From the IMG/VR virus record IMGVR_UViG_3300045988_027065, positions 1-36,735 of that record: a stretch of DNA of 36,735 nucleotides, one strand, 5' to 3'. Within the stretch, counting starts at the first letter, position 1. Every line of letters begins with the position of its first letter. The position numbers were made by a program, and so were the translations under genes. The notes under the pieces were generated by a model. It had not been told where the DNA came from. It ran no database searches and saw only the letters and a program-made list of their open reading frames with translations. This document shows positions 23,726 through 31,607 of this stretch, piece by piece. The DNA comes from a virus.

Positions 23726-24310
23726 TTATTTTCCTCCTTTAGGTTCCAGTCCGAACGCTGCCCGCAGAGCGGAATCTGATGCAGTGCCGGTCTGTGTTTT
23801 CTGCCCGCTTCCAATGGTGAAAGAGGGCGCGGGTTCATTGGACGCAAATGCGCCCGGATCGGCTTCTTTATAGTCTTTCGTGAAATCCTCCAGCCCCAGC
23901 AGCTTGCCCTCCTGAATAGGCAGCTTCTTAGCGGTCAGGTCTGCAAGAAAGGCTTTCTTGGCGGACTCGCTAGTGAATTTCAGGCTACCCACGGCATTTT
24001 CCACCGCATAGCCGTATTTGGTGCTTTCCAACTGATCTTTCAGGGCCTGCGTGTCGGTGTTGTACTTGGTTTCCCAGTCCGCCGCCGCCTTTTTGATGCC
24101 GTCAATGTCCATGTCTTTGTAGGCCTGGATTGCGGTATTGGCGTCGCTGAGCTGGGTTTTCAGTCCGTCCCGCTCGGCAGTCAGGGTATTGATGGTGTTC
24201 TGGAGTTCGCTTTTGGCTTTGCCGTCCTCTGCCATGATCTGCTCAATAAGCTCATCCGACAGATGGGCACCGCCGCCGATATCCAGATTCTTGAGATAGT
24301 CGCGTTTCAT
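23726..24310 (-). CDS. Scaffolding protein (GP20-like), 194 aa
   Basis: MKRDYLKNLDIGG...LSDELIEQIMAEDGKAK followed by long coiled coil. Confidence 0.8.
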   Translation of the reverse strand: MKRDYLKNLDIGGGAHLSDELIEQIMAEDGKAKSELQNTINTLTAERDGLKTQLSDANTAIQAYKDMDIDGIKKAAADWETKYNTDTQALKDQLESTKYGYAVENAVGSLKFTSESAKKAFLADLTAKKLPIQEGKLLGLEDFTKDYKEADPGAFASNEPAPSFTIGSGQKTQTGTASDSALRAAFGLEPKGGK

Positions 24311-24402
24311 GTTGTTCTCCTTCCTGCTCCGTTAATATTTACCGGGGTTACGACCCCCGCGCAGGCGTGCCACGTCCCACCCGGCATCCGGTGAAATGGT
24401 AT

Positions 24403-24434
24403 AACAAAAGCCCACACCCCAAAGGATGCAGGCT
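24403..24434 (-). terminator. Second of two tandem hairpins upstream of the scaffold gene
   Basis: On the minus strand: AGCCTGCATCC-TTTG-GGGTGTGGGCT (with G-U pairs) followed by TTTTGTT. Confidence 0.4.
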
Positions 24435-24455
24435 TGGTTATATGAAATTGGGTAC

Positions 24456-24486
24456 AGAAAAACCGCCGTCCCGAAGGAAAGCGGTT
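24456..24486 (-). terminator. Rho-independent terminator-like hairpin that includes the stop codon of the 67-aa gene
   Basis: On the minus strand: AACCGCTTTCC-TTCG-GGACGGCGGTT followed by TTTTCTG. Confidence 0.55.
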
Positions 24487-24688
24487 AATCTTCGATTTTT
24501 ACCCAGCGTCCGCCAGGATGATTCTTGACGGCAATGGGCTTGGGATTGGTTGTAGAGTATAGATAATCCTCGCCGCTATCGTCGATAACACGGTAGGCAT
24601 CCAACTCGGCATCATACTCAGCGTCATATGTCTTGCCATCCGTAAGACCGTCAACGCCAAAGCTGACACCAACATATTTCAGCTTCAT
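24485..24688 (-). CDS. Small acidic hypothetical protein (67 aa)
   Basis: ORF-track ORF. Its start overlaps the upstream stop by 1 nt. Confidence 0.6.
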   Translation of the reverse strand: MKLKYVGVSFGVDGLTDGKTYDAEYDAELDAYRVIDDSGEDYLYSTTNPKPIAVKNHPGGRWVKIED

Positions 24689-26208
24689 TACTTCGCCCCC
24701 TTGAGCTTAATTTCTTCCGCCGGAACCTTGCCGTTATTCTGATACCAGTGTACCACATAATGGTGGTGTTTTCCATATACAGTTGCAGAAACTTTTTCCC
24801 AACCGGAAGCGTCACCATATTCGGGATACGCCTCATAGAGCCGCCGGAGGTCTCTGATCGGTGTGGATGTCCCGTTTCCAGCCATTACATATGCATCCGT
24901 TCCTGTTGTACCGGAGGGGACAACGCCTTGGAGCTTCCCAATGTTGACATCAAGCGTGTGCTGAATTTCCACATCTGATATTGTTCGTTTCTTTGGCAAT
25001 GAGCTTGCTGCCTTTGCGGCAGCGTCATTCAAAATAAAAGCTCTATTGCGCTCAGCAGTCTTTGCTTGCCACGTTGCCTTCCCGGCTTCGCTCCTGCCAA
25101 ATGTCCCGATCTGTGACCGGCTGGAATCCTGCCTGCGGCCCGTTTGCTTTAGGAAGTCTGCTTCCCTCTCCCGCCACTGTTTGAGCTTCACAGATGCCTG
25201 CGTGGTGTCTAGACCGGCTGCATCCATGGCGGTGTATTCCCGTTTCCAGCGGCGTATACCACGTTCAAAGTAACGCTGCTGTTGGGACGCTTCGTAATCC
25301 GTCAGTGCCTTACCGTTATAGGTGCAGGTCTTGCGCTGGTACTCTTTGAGGATATCATCGGAGTAGGCCGATTCGTAACCGGGGAAAAAGGGATGATAGG
25401 AGTGGCGGCAGTTCCAGCCGCCCAGTCCCGCGCCAGTGCCAAAGCCGGTACCGGCTGCCAGCGTTGCATAGCCCGGCGTCCGCCCAAATCTGGAAAATAC
25501 TTTGCCCTGCCATAGGGCATGCTCCGGGCGTGCTCCTGCATGGGCGGTAGTTTCCACAAGATCACAGTCCAGTTCGCCCATAAGCTCATCCTGCACCGCC
25601 ATAGCCCCCTGATTGACGCCGGTGACCAGTGCACGGCGTACCGCCACCTCCACATGGTCGGTGTGCCCGCTGGGATAGCTGACTGCCTGAATGCCCTTGG
25701 CGCATAGCTCCTTGATGGCTCTGCGGCCTGCCGTCGGTGCATCAATGGTACCTGTGGACACCTCCAACCATGCCCGATCCATGGCTTTCGTGAACTCTTT
25801 GGCCGTTTCCTTTGCCAATGTGCCGGTGAGGTTTAGGAAGGTGCCTTGTGTGCGCCGAATCCCGGCGTTAATCACCTTGTTCATGGCTTCCCGGTTGATT
25901 GCTTCCTCTCTCCACATTCCAGCGGCCTCATAGTACCGCCGATCCTGCGCAACAGTTGTCCGCCCAGCGTCCGCCATGGCGTCCTGTATTGCCTGCTCCG
26001 TTTGCCCGGTATATTGGGACAGGATGCGCACAATGTCGGAGCGGACAACGCCCACGGCCTCCAGACGGTCCTTCTCCCACTGGCTTTGATCCGTCCAGCC
26101 ATACTTGGTGATACGGATCGCCATTTTGGAGAGGATGGCATCCTCCATCTCGCGGATCAGCTCCACCACATTGTCAGGGAGCGATTCCAGGTAGCCCGGC
26201 GGCAGCAT
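24688..26208 (-). CDS. Minor head protein (SPP1 gp7 / Mu F-like head morphogenesis) with an extra C-terminal domain (506 aa)
   Basis: Central GGWNCRHSYHPFFPG motif. It follows the portal gene. The C-terminal roughly 130 aa extend beyond the conserved core. Confidence 0.75.
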   Translation of the reverse strand: MLPPGYLESLPDNVVELIREMEDAILSKMAIRITKYGWTDQSQWEKDRLEAVGVVRSDIVRILSQYTGQTEQAIQDAMADAGRTTVAQDRRYYEAAGMWREEAINREAMNKVINAGIRRTQGTFLNLTGTLAKETAKEFTKAMDRAWLEVSTGTIDAPTAGRRAIKELCAKGIQAVSYPSGHTDHVEVAVRRALVTGVNQGAMAVQDELMGELDCDLVETTAHAGARPEHALWQGKVFSRFGRTPGYATLAAGTGFGTGAGLGGWNCRHSYHPFFPGYESAYSDDILKEYQRKTCTYNGKALTDYEASQQQRYFERGIRRWKREYTAMDAAGLDTTQASVKLKQWREREADFLKQTGRRQDSSRSQIGTFGRSEAGKATWQAKTAERNRAFILNDAAAKAASSLPKKRTISDVEIQHTLDVNIGKLQGVVPSGTTGTDAYVMAGNGTSTPIRDLRRLYEAYPEYGDASGWEKVSATVYGKHHHYVVHWYQNNGKVPAEEIKLKGAK

Positions 26209-27587
26209 TATGCACCTCCGAAGAGGTCAACGGTATCCGTCTGCTCTTTGAGATATTCCGTCTGAGCGGTTTCCACGTCTACGCCGAAGTACCATGCAAG
26301 CAGCTGTTCCGGCTTGAGGATATCTGCCTGCACCATCTGTATCCGGCGGGAAAACTCCTGCTGGGTATCCTCAAATACGCCGTCACCATAAGTGACCGCC
26401 GGAACCAGTTCGCCGGCAGGGGCCAGCTGATACAGCTCACACATTGCATTCATGGCAGTGATTACGTCCAAAAGCCCCTGCGTAACGCCCTGTTGCTGAA
26501 TGGCAGAACAGGTGTTGTAGGTGGTGCGATCCTGCGAAATGACCTGTGTCGCCGTCACAGTACCTGTGCGTTCGTCAATTGCCATGGTTCCCGGGGACAA
26601 ATGGCACTGGTTTTCTACTATGTGCAAAATGGCTTTTAGCCCGGTCATATACTCTGCTGTCCGTAGTGCCGGCGAATAGTCCTGGAACGGCTTGGCCTGC
26701 TCTGCTGGATCTAGGATATAAACGTCGGAAGTCGGATCAAAATAGTGGAAACGCTTCCCACGTTTATTCGTGTCCTTCGGCATAGGAACAAGCGCCTGAC
26801 GCTCTACAATGCTTTTCCGCCTGCCAGAGTGCAGCTCATAGAGCATTTCGGAGTACACCTTATCAAATTCCATGATGCTGTCCATGGCATTTGCATAGAT
26901 ACTCACCGGGAGCGGGGATGCGTCGTCTACCGTGTTGGCAAACGGCATTTGAATGCAGCCGAACAATGGCTGCTTAATCCCGTTGATTGTAATTTCCGGC
27001 TCCAACTCTGCCCACTGCGGAACGGTAGCCAGCGGAACTTCTGAGCCCATAATATCCCCGGCGGAACGGTACGCCTTATTGCTGACAATCATCTGCTTTC
27101 CGTCACAGTCAAACCGCTCAATTCGGATGTACTCCTTGCCCTTTACATCCCGATAGTCCACAAAGTAGCCAGCCATAACCCGGCCATCTGGATTAAAGCG
27201 GGTGGGAAAGAAGCGCCCAGGCTGCACCAAATCAAAATAAAACTTCCCATCCTGAACAAACGGGCGGATGATGATTTGCCCGCCTGCCGTTGCCAACTGC
27301 ACCGCATTGTGCAGTTTCCGAGTAAGCGGCTGTAGTTGTTCCTCGATATACTTTGCCCTTGTGCTGGTGCCACAGGAAATAGACAGCTCATTTGTTACCA
27401 GCGTTGCCACGAACCCGGTGATGGTGGAAGGCAGTGCCGATAGCCGTACCTGATTGGTGGCCCAGTTCGGATTATTGTAAAAGGCGTTAAGCCAGCCTGT
27501 GATTGCCCGTGCCATCGGCAAGGAAATGTCCGCTTCATCCCAAATGCCTGCCTGATTCCGATTCAGCAGCTTATCAAACAGCCACAT
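26208..27587 (-). CDS. Portal protein (459 aa)
   Basis: Size and position immediately after TerL. Confidence 0.85.
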   Translation of the reverse strand: MWLFDKLLNRNQAGIWDEADISLPMARAITGWLNAFYNNPNWATNQVRLSALPSTITGFVATLVTNELSISCGTSTRAKYIEEQLQPLTRKLHNAVQLATAGGQIIIRPFVQDGKFYFDLVQPGRFFPTRFNPDGRVMAGYFVDYRDVKGKEYIRIERFDCDGKQMIVSNKAYRSAGDIMGSEVPLATVPQWAELEPEITINGIKQPLFGCIQMPFANTVDDASPLPVSIYANAMDSIMEFDKVYSEMLYELHSGRRKSIVERQALVPMPKDTNKRGKRFHYFDPTSDVYILDPAEQAKPFQDYSPALRTAEYMTGLKAILHIVENQCHLSPGTMAIDERTGTVTATQVISQDRTTYNTCSAIQQQGVTQGLLDVITAMNAMCELYQLAPAGELVPAVTYGDGVFEDTQQEFSRRIQMVQADILKPEQLLAWYFGVDVETAQTEYLKEQTDTVDLFGGA

Positions 27588-27589
27588 GA

Positions 27590-28828
27590 TTACTCACCTC
27601 TCCGCTTCCACACTGATTCCATTGCATATCGCACGGCGTCAATGTGGTGGTTGTTGCGATCCGGATAGCCGGAGATTACTTCGCCCGACTTATCCCGATC
27701 ATATTCATAATTCAAAAATTCCGCCGCCGTGTCCGGGCAGCGGTCAGGGTCTATTACGATTTGTGTCAGCGACTGGAGCCACTTGTGGGAATAATCCACA
27801 CTGCCAGGGCCTTTGATGGCAGCTCGGCAATCCAGGCCATACTCCCGGTAGTCCTGCACGGACTTTTTCTCCGCAGAATCAGCAGTGATCCGATCCGTGC
27901 CGGTGATCCCGTACTCGATCAGTGCATCCGCTGTCTCCCGGTTGCCGGCCTTGCGCCGGGTCAGCTCCCCGAAGATGTACAGTGTCCGCCGTCCGGCATC
28001 ATAGTGCATCTGATTGAACGCCCAGGGATCGGGATAATAGCCCCAGTCCACTCCGTTGTAAATGCGGTCAAACCCATGGATTTCCTCTGGGGTAATTATC
28101 CGAATATCCAGATTGTCGAATACCTGTCCGCCGCTGCCATTGGCAACGCCCAGATACTCATGCTCATAGGCAGGAAAGTTGGTATCCCGTAGATGCTCCG
28201 CATCGGCTATAAATCGAGGCCCCAGCCAATCCGGCGGAGCCTGTAGATAGGTGCTTTTATGTACCAGCTGCCCGGGCTTGCTCTGGAGAATGTACCGGTT
28301 GGCAAAATTGTCTCGTGTTTTCGGCGGGTTGAAGGTCTTGAACTCCAGTGCAATCGCACCGCCACGGAGCACCGACTGCTCAATGTTTCTGGTCTCCTCT
28401 AGCCCGCTGAACTGATCCCACTCCTCAAAATGCAGAATCCCGATGTACCCGAATGGTACCTTGATTGACTTGAGGTTTGCTGGATCGTCCGTGCCGAAAA
28501 ATAGAATCTTCTGCCCGGTGGGCAAATAGGTCAGCTCCATAGGGGAGACAGTGGCGAGGAATTTGCTGGACAGTCCCAGTTTATCAATCGCCCACTGATA
28601 CTGGGCATATACGCTTTTGCGCAGGGTGTTGGCGACCTTGCGCAGCACCACCGCATGGATACCCGGGTGCTGGAGCAGCTGGAGGATTACCTCCGCCGAT
28701 ACATAGGAGCTTTTCAGACTGCCACGCCCTCCTGCAAGGACGAACTGATTATAGCTGCCGCTCTTTACGGCCTTATGAACGTCCCTGTATGCTGGGCCCA
28801 TGACCTCTGAGAGCCTACATATCGTCAA
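27590..28828 (-). CDS. terL: Terminase large subunit (PBSX-type), TTG start
   Basis: Walker A-like FVLAGGRGSLKSSY. 412 aa. GGGGTGA lies 6 nt before the TTG at 28828. It overlaps the end of terS. Confidence 0.9.
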   Translation of the reverse strand: MTICRLSEVMGPAYRDVHKAVKSGSYNQFVLAGGRGSLKSSYVSAEVILQLLQHPGIHAVVLRKVANTLRKSVYAQYQWAIDKLGLSSKFLATVSPMELTYLPTGQKILFFGTDDPANLKSIKVPFGYIGILHFEEWDQFSGLEETRNIEQSVLRGGAIALEFKTFNPPKTRDNFANRYILQSKPGQLVHKSTYLQAPPDWLGPRFIADAEHLRDTNFPAYEHEYLGVANGSGGQVFDNLDIRIITPEEIHGFDRIYNGVDWGYYPDPWAFNQMHYDAGRRTLYIFGELTRRKAGNRETADALIEYGITGTDRITADSAEKKSVQDYREYGLDCRAAIKGPGSVDYSHKWLQSLTQIVIDPDRCPDTAAEFLNYEYDRDKSGEVISGYPDRNNHHIDAVRYAMESVWKRRGE

Positions 28829-29237
28829 TGATGGTCACCCCGTCCCCTGCGGCAGTTGGCATAGGCTTGTCCCGCCACCTGTCCGGGCGGCGATTTTTCA
28901 GCCAGAATATTTGCGCCGTGGTATCAGCGGCAATGTGCTTGGTGATTTGGATTACCTTTCGACCATCCTTTTCGCTGATCTCTACACGTTCTTCGGTGTA
29001 ATCATATCCAAGGGCACGTTTCAGCAGGGCGTTCTCCACTTCTATGTCTACGACTTCCTTGCCCCTTTTTAGGGCTGCCGAAAGTGCCGGATACTTGTCT
29101 CTCCAGTCTCTGAGCGTGGAGTATGCGCACCCCATGTTGTGAGCGATCTGCTCTTCTGTCAGGCCATCTCTGGCCCATCCCTCCAGCAGCAGGAGCCCAT
29201 CAGGCTCCAGCCATCTTTGGTATTTACCGTTTGCCAC
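28815..29237 (-). CDS. terS: Terminase small subunit (140 aa from GTG)
   Basis: HTH LTEEQIAHNMGCAYSTLRDWRDKYP and the signature TTAQIFWLKNRRPDRWRDK. AAGGTGGTGA lies upstream of the GTG at 29237. Confidence 0.8.
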   Translation of the reverse strand: MANGKYQRWLEPDGLLLLEGWARDGLTEEQIAHNMGCAYSTLRDWRDKYPALSAALKRGKEVVDIEVENALLKRALGYDYTEERVEISEKDGRKVIQITKHIAADTTAQIFWLKNRRPDRWRDKPMPTAAGDGVTIIDDM

Positions 29238-29265
29238 AATGTGCTCACCACCTTGTGCGTAAAAT

Positions 29266-29338
29266 TGGTGCCGGGTGGTGGACTTGAACCACCATAACAG
29301 CCGAAAGGACGCAAAACTGCCCCGCACCATGCCCCGGC
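29266..29338 (-). ncRNA. 73-nt tRNA-like element: canonical T arm, 6/7-paired acceptor and encoded CCA, but no recognisable D or anticodon arms
   Basis: On the minus strand: GCCGGGG-38 nt-GGTGGTTCAAGTCCACC-ACCCGGC-A-CCA. I could not fold the middle 38 nt into a cloverleaf by eye. Confidence 0.4.
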
Positions 29339-29340
29339 AT

Positions 29341-29373
29341 AGAAAAGGTGAGCAGGCATTCCCCCGCTCACCT
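29341..29373 (-). terminator. Hairpin plus T-tract between the late regulator and the tRNA-like element/terS
   Basis: On the minus strand: AGGTGAGC-12 nt loop-GCTCACCT followed by TTTTCT. Confidence 0.5.
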
Positions 29374-29388
29374 AGCTTTTGCATTGTA

Positions 29389-29397
29389 ATCATATCA
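29389..29397 (-). promoter_or_regulatory. Candidate extended -10 late promoter element TGaTATGAT
   Basis: Read on the minus strand, about 15-20 nt upstream of the hairpin. There is no good -35, as expected for an activator-dependent promoter. Confidence 0.3.
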
Positions 29398-29423
29398 CAT
29401 TGTTGTTTCGCTATACAGTGAGA

Positions 29424-29843
29424 TTATGTCAGATTATGTGAGATCTTTTTCATAGCGGAATTGTGAAGCTGAACGCAATAGCGGTATACATAATGCAAGT
29501 TGCTGGCTACCTGATCCCAGGAGTTGCACAGGATATAGCGCTGCGTCAGCACGTCCCGCTCTGGCCCTTCCGGGAGCGAATGAACAATTTCAATTGCGTC
29601 AGCGCGTATGGAAAACTGGTTCTGTATTGCCGCCGAGAGTTCTGCCTTGCGGTCTGCAATTCGGATGGCGGTGGTTTCCACCTCACCATGCCCGCCAGAG
29701 GCTTGCACAATCGGCTTGCTATAGTCAACGGATTTTAGCGTTTGCAAGTCCCTATCCAGTTTCTCCAGCTCATCGGCAAGAAGCGCAACCCGGCGGTCTA
29801 CGTTCCGGGCCTTTTTTAGGATTTCACTGGGGCTGCTGCTCAC
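29424..29843 (-). CDS. Late-gene transcriptional regulator (DUF1492 / ArpU-RinA-like, sigma region-4-like HTH), GTG start
   Basis: C-terminal ERDVLTQRYILCNSWDQVASNLHYVYRYCVQLHNSAMKKI. It lies immediately upstream of terS. Confidence 0.65.
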   Translation of the reverse strand: MSSSPSEILKKARNVDRRVALLADELEKLDRDLQTLKSVDYSKPIVQASGGHGEVETTAIRIADRKAELSAAIQNQFSIRADAIEIVHSLPEGPERDVLTQRYILCNSWDQVASNLHYVYRYCVQLHNSAMKKISHNLT

Positions 29844-30175
29844 CGGTATTCCCTCCCATCATTGTCCCGAAGCACGATCCGCCCCACCAGCTCGAAGTCG
29901 CTGAGCCCGATTACATATTTCAGCATCTTAATCAGCCGCGCAAGCTCGTCCTCCCTGGTGTTCTCGGACTTGATGGCACCGTATGCTGTAGGGTCGTTGT
30001 AGCCCTCACTGTTTTGCCATAGTTCCATACCGATTCCTCCTGTATTGTTTTCCACCTGTTGATTAAATGCTGCACACTCGCTTCCGTCATTAAACTCTGC
30101 TTCCCCTGCGGAACCACAGAATCGATTGTATGGGCAGCGGGAAAACGCCTTTTTACTGCAATAGTAAGTAGCCAT
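29840..30175 (-). CDS. Hypothetical Cys-rich protein (111 aa)
   Basis: ORF-track ORF. N-terminus YYCSKKAFSRCPYNRFC. The GTGA overlap couples it to the downstream gene. Confidence 0.6.
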   Translation of the reverse strand: MATYYCSKKAFSRCPYNRFCGSAGEAEFNDGSECAAFNQQVENNTGGIGMELWQNSEGYNDPTAYGAIKSENTREDELARLIKMLKYVIGLSDFELVGRIVLRDNDGREYR

Positions 30176-30184
30176 TATTCGGTG

Positions 30185-30310
30185 TCAACCTCCTACAAAA
30201 AGGCTCTGTTGGGCCGTAAATTCTTGAGCTGTGCAAAATCCGCCGACTGCTGTGCAATTACCGTTCCCAGCGTGAAAATACGTGCAACTTGCGCAGTTAT
30301 TAATTTCCAT
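30185..30310 (-). CDS. Small Cys-rich protein (41 aa, MEINNCASCTYFHAGNGNCTAVGGFCTAQE...)
   Basis: ATG at 30310 lies inside the ORF-track 61-aa ORF. It overlaps the upstream stop by 11 nt. Confidence 0.4.
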   Translation of the reverse strand: MEINNCASCTYFHAGNGNCTAVGGFCTAQEFTAQQSLFVGG

Positions 30311-30731
30311 CGTGTGTGCCTCCAAGCAAAAGCCTCCCGTTTGAATACGCCTGATACAGCGTATTCCCATCTTCGTCCATCAAATACGGGAGGAAAACTT
30401 CATCCATTTCGGCATCGCAGGATTCCACAAGGGCTATCTGCGCCAGAACCCAGTCACGGACGTTCCGCCATGCAGTCCGCTCGGCCTGCGCACGATCAGC
30501 CTTAACTTTTTGCCTTGCGAACACTCTGATAGTACCATCAACCGCAGCAGGAAGCCGAAAACCTCGAACACCAGCAGCTGTCTTAATTCCAAATGTCACA
30601 GCTACAGGCTTGGTGGAATCGTAATCCACCATTATCTTTATTGCACCGGCCTTGGCAAGTGCCGCCTGTATTTCACCGAGACTGACGTACACATCAACGC
30701 TGCTTGTGTAGTTTTTTATCGCCATTTTCAT
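30300..30731 (-). CDS. Hypothetical conserved phage protein (143 aa)
   Basis: ORF-track ORF. The N-terminus MAIKNYTSSVDVYVSLGEIQAALAKAGAIKIMVDYD is a pattern recurrent in phages. Confidence 0.6.
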   Translation of the reverse strand: MKMAIKNYTSSVDVYVSLGEIQAALAKAGAIKIMVDYDSTKPVAVTFGIKTAAGVRGFRLPAAVDGTIRVFARQKVKADRAQAERTAWRNVRDWVLAQIALVESCDAEMDEVFLPYLMDEDGNTLYQAYSNGRLLLGGTHDGN

Positions 30732-30808
30732 TCTCCCCCTCTCAGCAGTGCTGCAACCCCAAACCCAACCACGGCACCGATGGTTAAGCCTACAAGTAAC
30801 ATTATCAT
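30728..30808 (-). CDS. 26-aa single-TM micro-protein (MIMLLVGLTIGAVVGFGVAALLRGGE)
   Basis: Hand translation. ATGA overlaps at both ends (30805-30808 and 30728-30731). Confidence 0.4.
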   Translation of the reverse strand: MIMLLVGLTIGAVVGFGVAALLRGGE

Positions 30809-31464
30809 GTTAACCCTCCCCACTGTTCTGCCATCGCCCTGGCGATCCCGGGAAATGACCTGCTTCTTACCTTTGGATCACGCTCGTTTCTGCCTTGGAA
30901 TCTTATGTAGTTTCCGTTAGCATCCTTGCAACCACCGTTGACGTATGGCATGTGCTCTGCAATGATTTTTGTTGGCACCAGCTTCGGCAGCCCCTTGAGC
31001 CACAAGCACGTCCTTTTGCTGTATGGGTGTCCATGCTCATACGGTTGTATTGCCTGTGTATATGGTGGCAACCCAACAATTTTCATCGGCGTTGGATTTT
31101 CTACTGCGATTCGCGGAATCTCAGAGTTCAAAAAAGCCATGAAGAACCGTTTCGCCTCCATTGCTTTTTCATATCTTTCTTGGACGATCTGCCCCTTTAC
31201 CCGCATTCGCACCGCCCCGGAGTTGGTAAGATATGTACAGGGTGGATGCGCTATCATCAAATCCCATCCGGGTATATCATGTGTCTGTCCGTCCATGGTG
31301 GTTATCCGTCCCCCCCTCACGGCTACCAGCGCATCCCCAAGGATATGCCATTCCGGGTGTCCGCCGCTCGGCTCCTGTATATCGCAGCTGTACGCCTCAT
31401 GTCCCAACGCCCGGAACGCCATGCACTCGGTCTGGGATTCCTCGCAGGCTATCAGGACTCGCAT
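30805..31464 (-). CDS. Compact C5-cytosine DNA methyltransferase-like protein (219 aa)
   Basis: HPPCTYL (PC catalytic motif), AVENP (ENV-like) and the C-terminal RSFPGIARAMAEQW. The N-terminus VLIACEESQ replaces the usual FxGxG. Confidence 0.5.
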   Translation of the reverse strand: MRVLIACEESQTECMAFRALGHEAYSCDIQEPSGGHPEWHILGDALVAVRGGRITTMDGQTHDIPGWDLMIAHPPCTYLTNSGAVRMRVKGQIVQERYEKAMEAKRFFMAFLNSEIPRIAVENPTPMKIVGLPPYTQAIQPYEHGHPYSKRTCLWLKGLPKLVPTKIIAEHMPYVNGGCKDANGNYIRFQGRNERDPKVRSRSFPGIARAMAEQWGGLT

Positions 31465-31607
31465 TCTGTCACCTCCTGTTCCGCCCGCTGGAGCACTACC
31501 CGTAGCGATTCGGTATATTCCAACAAGGTATCTTTGTCAATTTCATATCCGAATGAAAGCATGATTGATCCTTTGATGACGATGCGTAGGGCGTCAGTAT
31601 AGCTCAT
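31452..31607 (-). CDS. Small hypothetical protein (51 aa, MSYTDALRIVIKGSIMLSFGYEIDKD...)
   Basis: Hand translation. ATGA overlap with the upstream gene at 31604-31607. The 3' end overlaps the methyltransferase-like start. Confidence 0.4.
   Translation of the reverse strand: MSYTDALRIVIKGSIMLSFGYEIDKDTLLEYTESLRVVLQRAEQEVTECES

Noticed and set aside
22790-23779. 329-aa plus-strand ORF
   Set aside because: It is antisense to the major capsid gene, which has a recognisable capsid N-terminus and correct neighbours. It is a shadow ORF.
29238-29393. N-terminal 52 residues of the 192-aa ORF-track version of terS
   Set aside because: This extension reads through the hairpin/T-tract and the tRNA-like element and has no RBS. 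A GTG at 29237 with AAGGTGGTGA upstream gives a TerS of normal length.
30895-31602. 235-aa and 212-aa plus-strand ORFs
   Set aside because: They are antisense to the methyltransferase-like gene, which carries PPC and ENP motifs. They are shadow ORFs.
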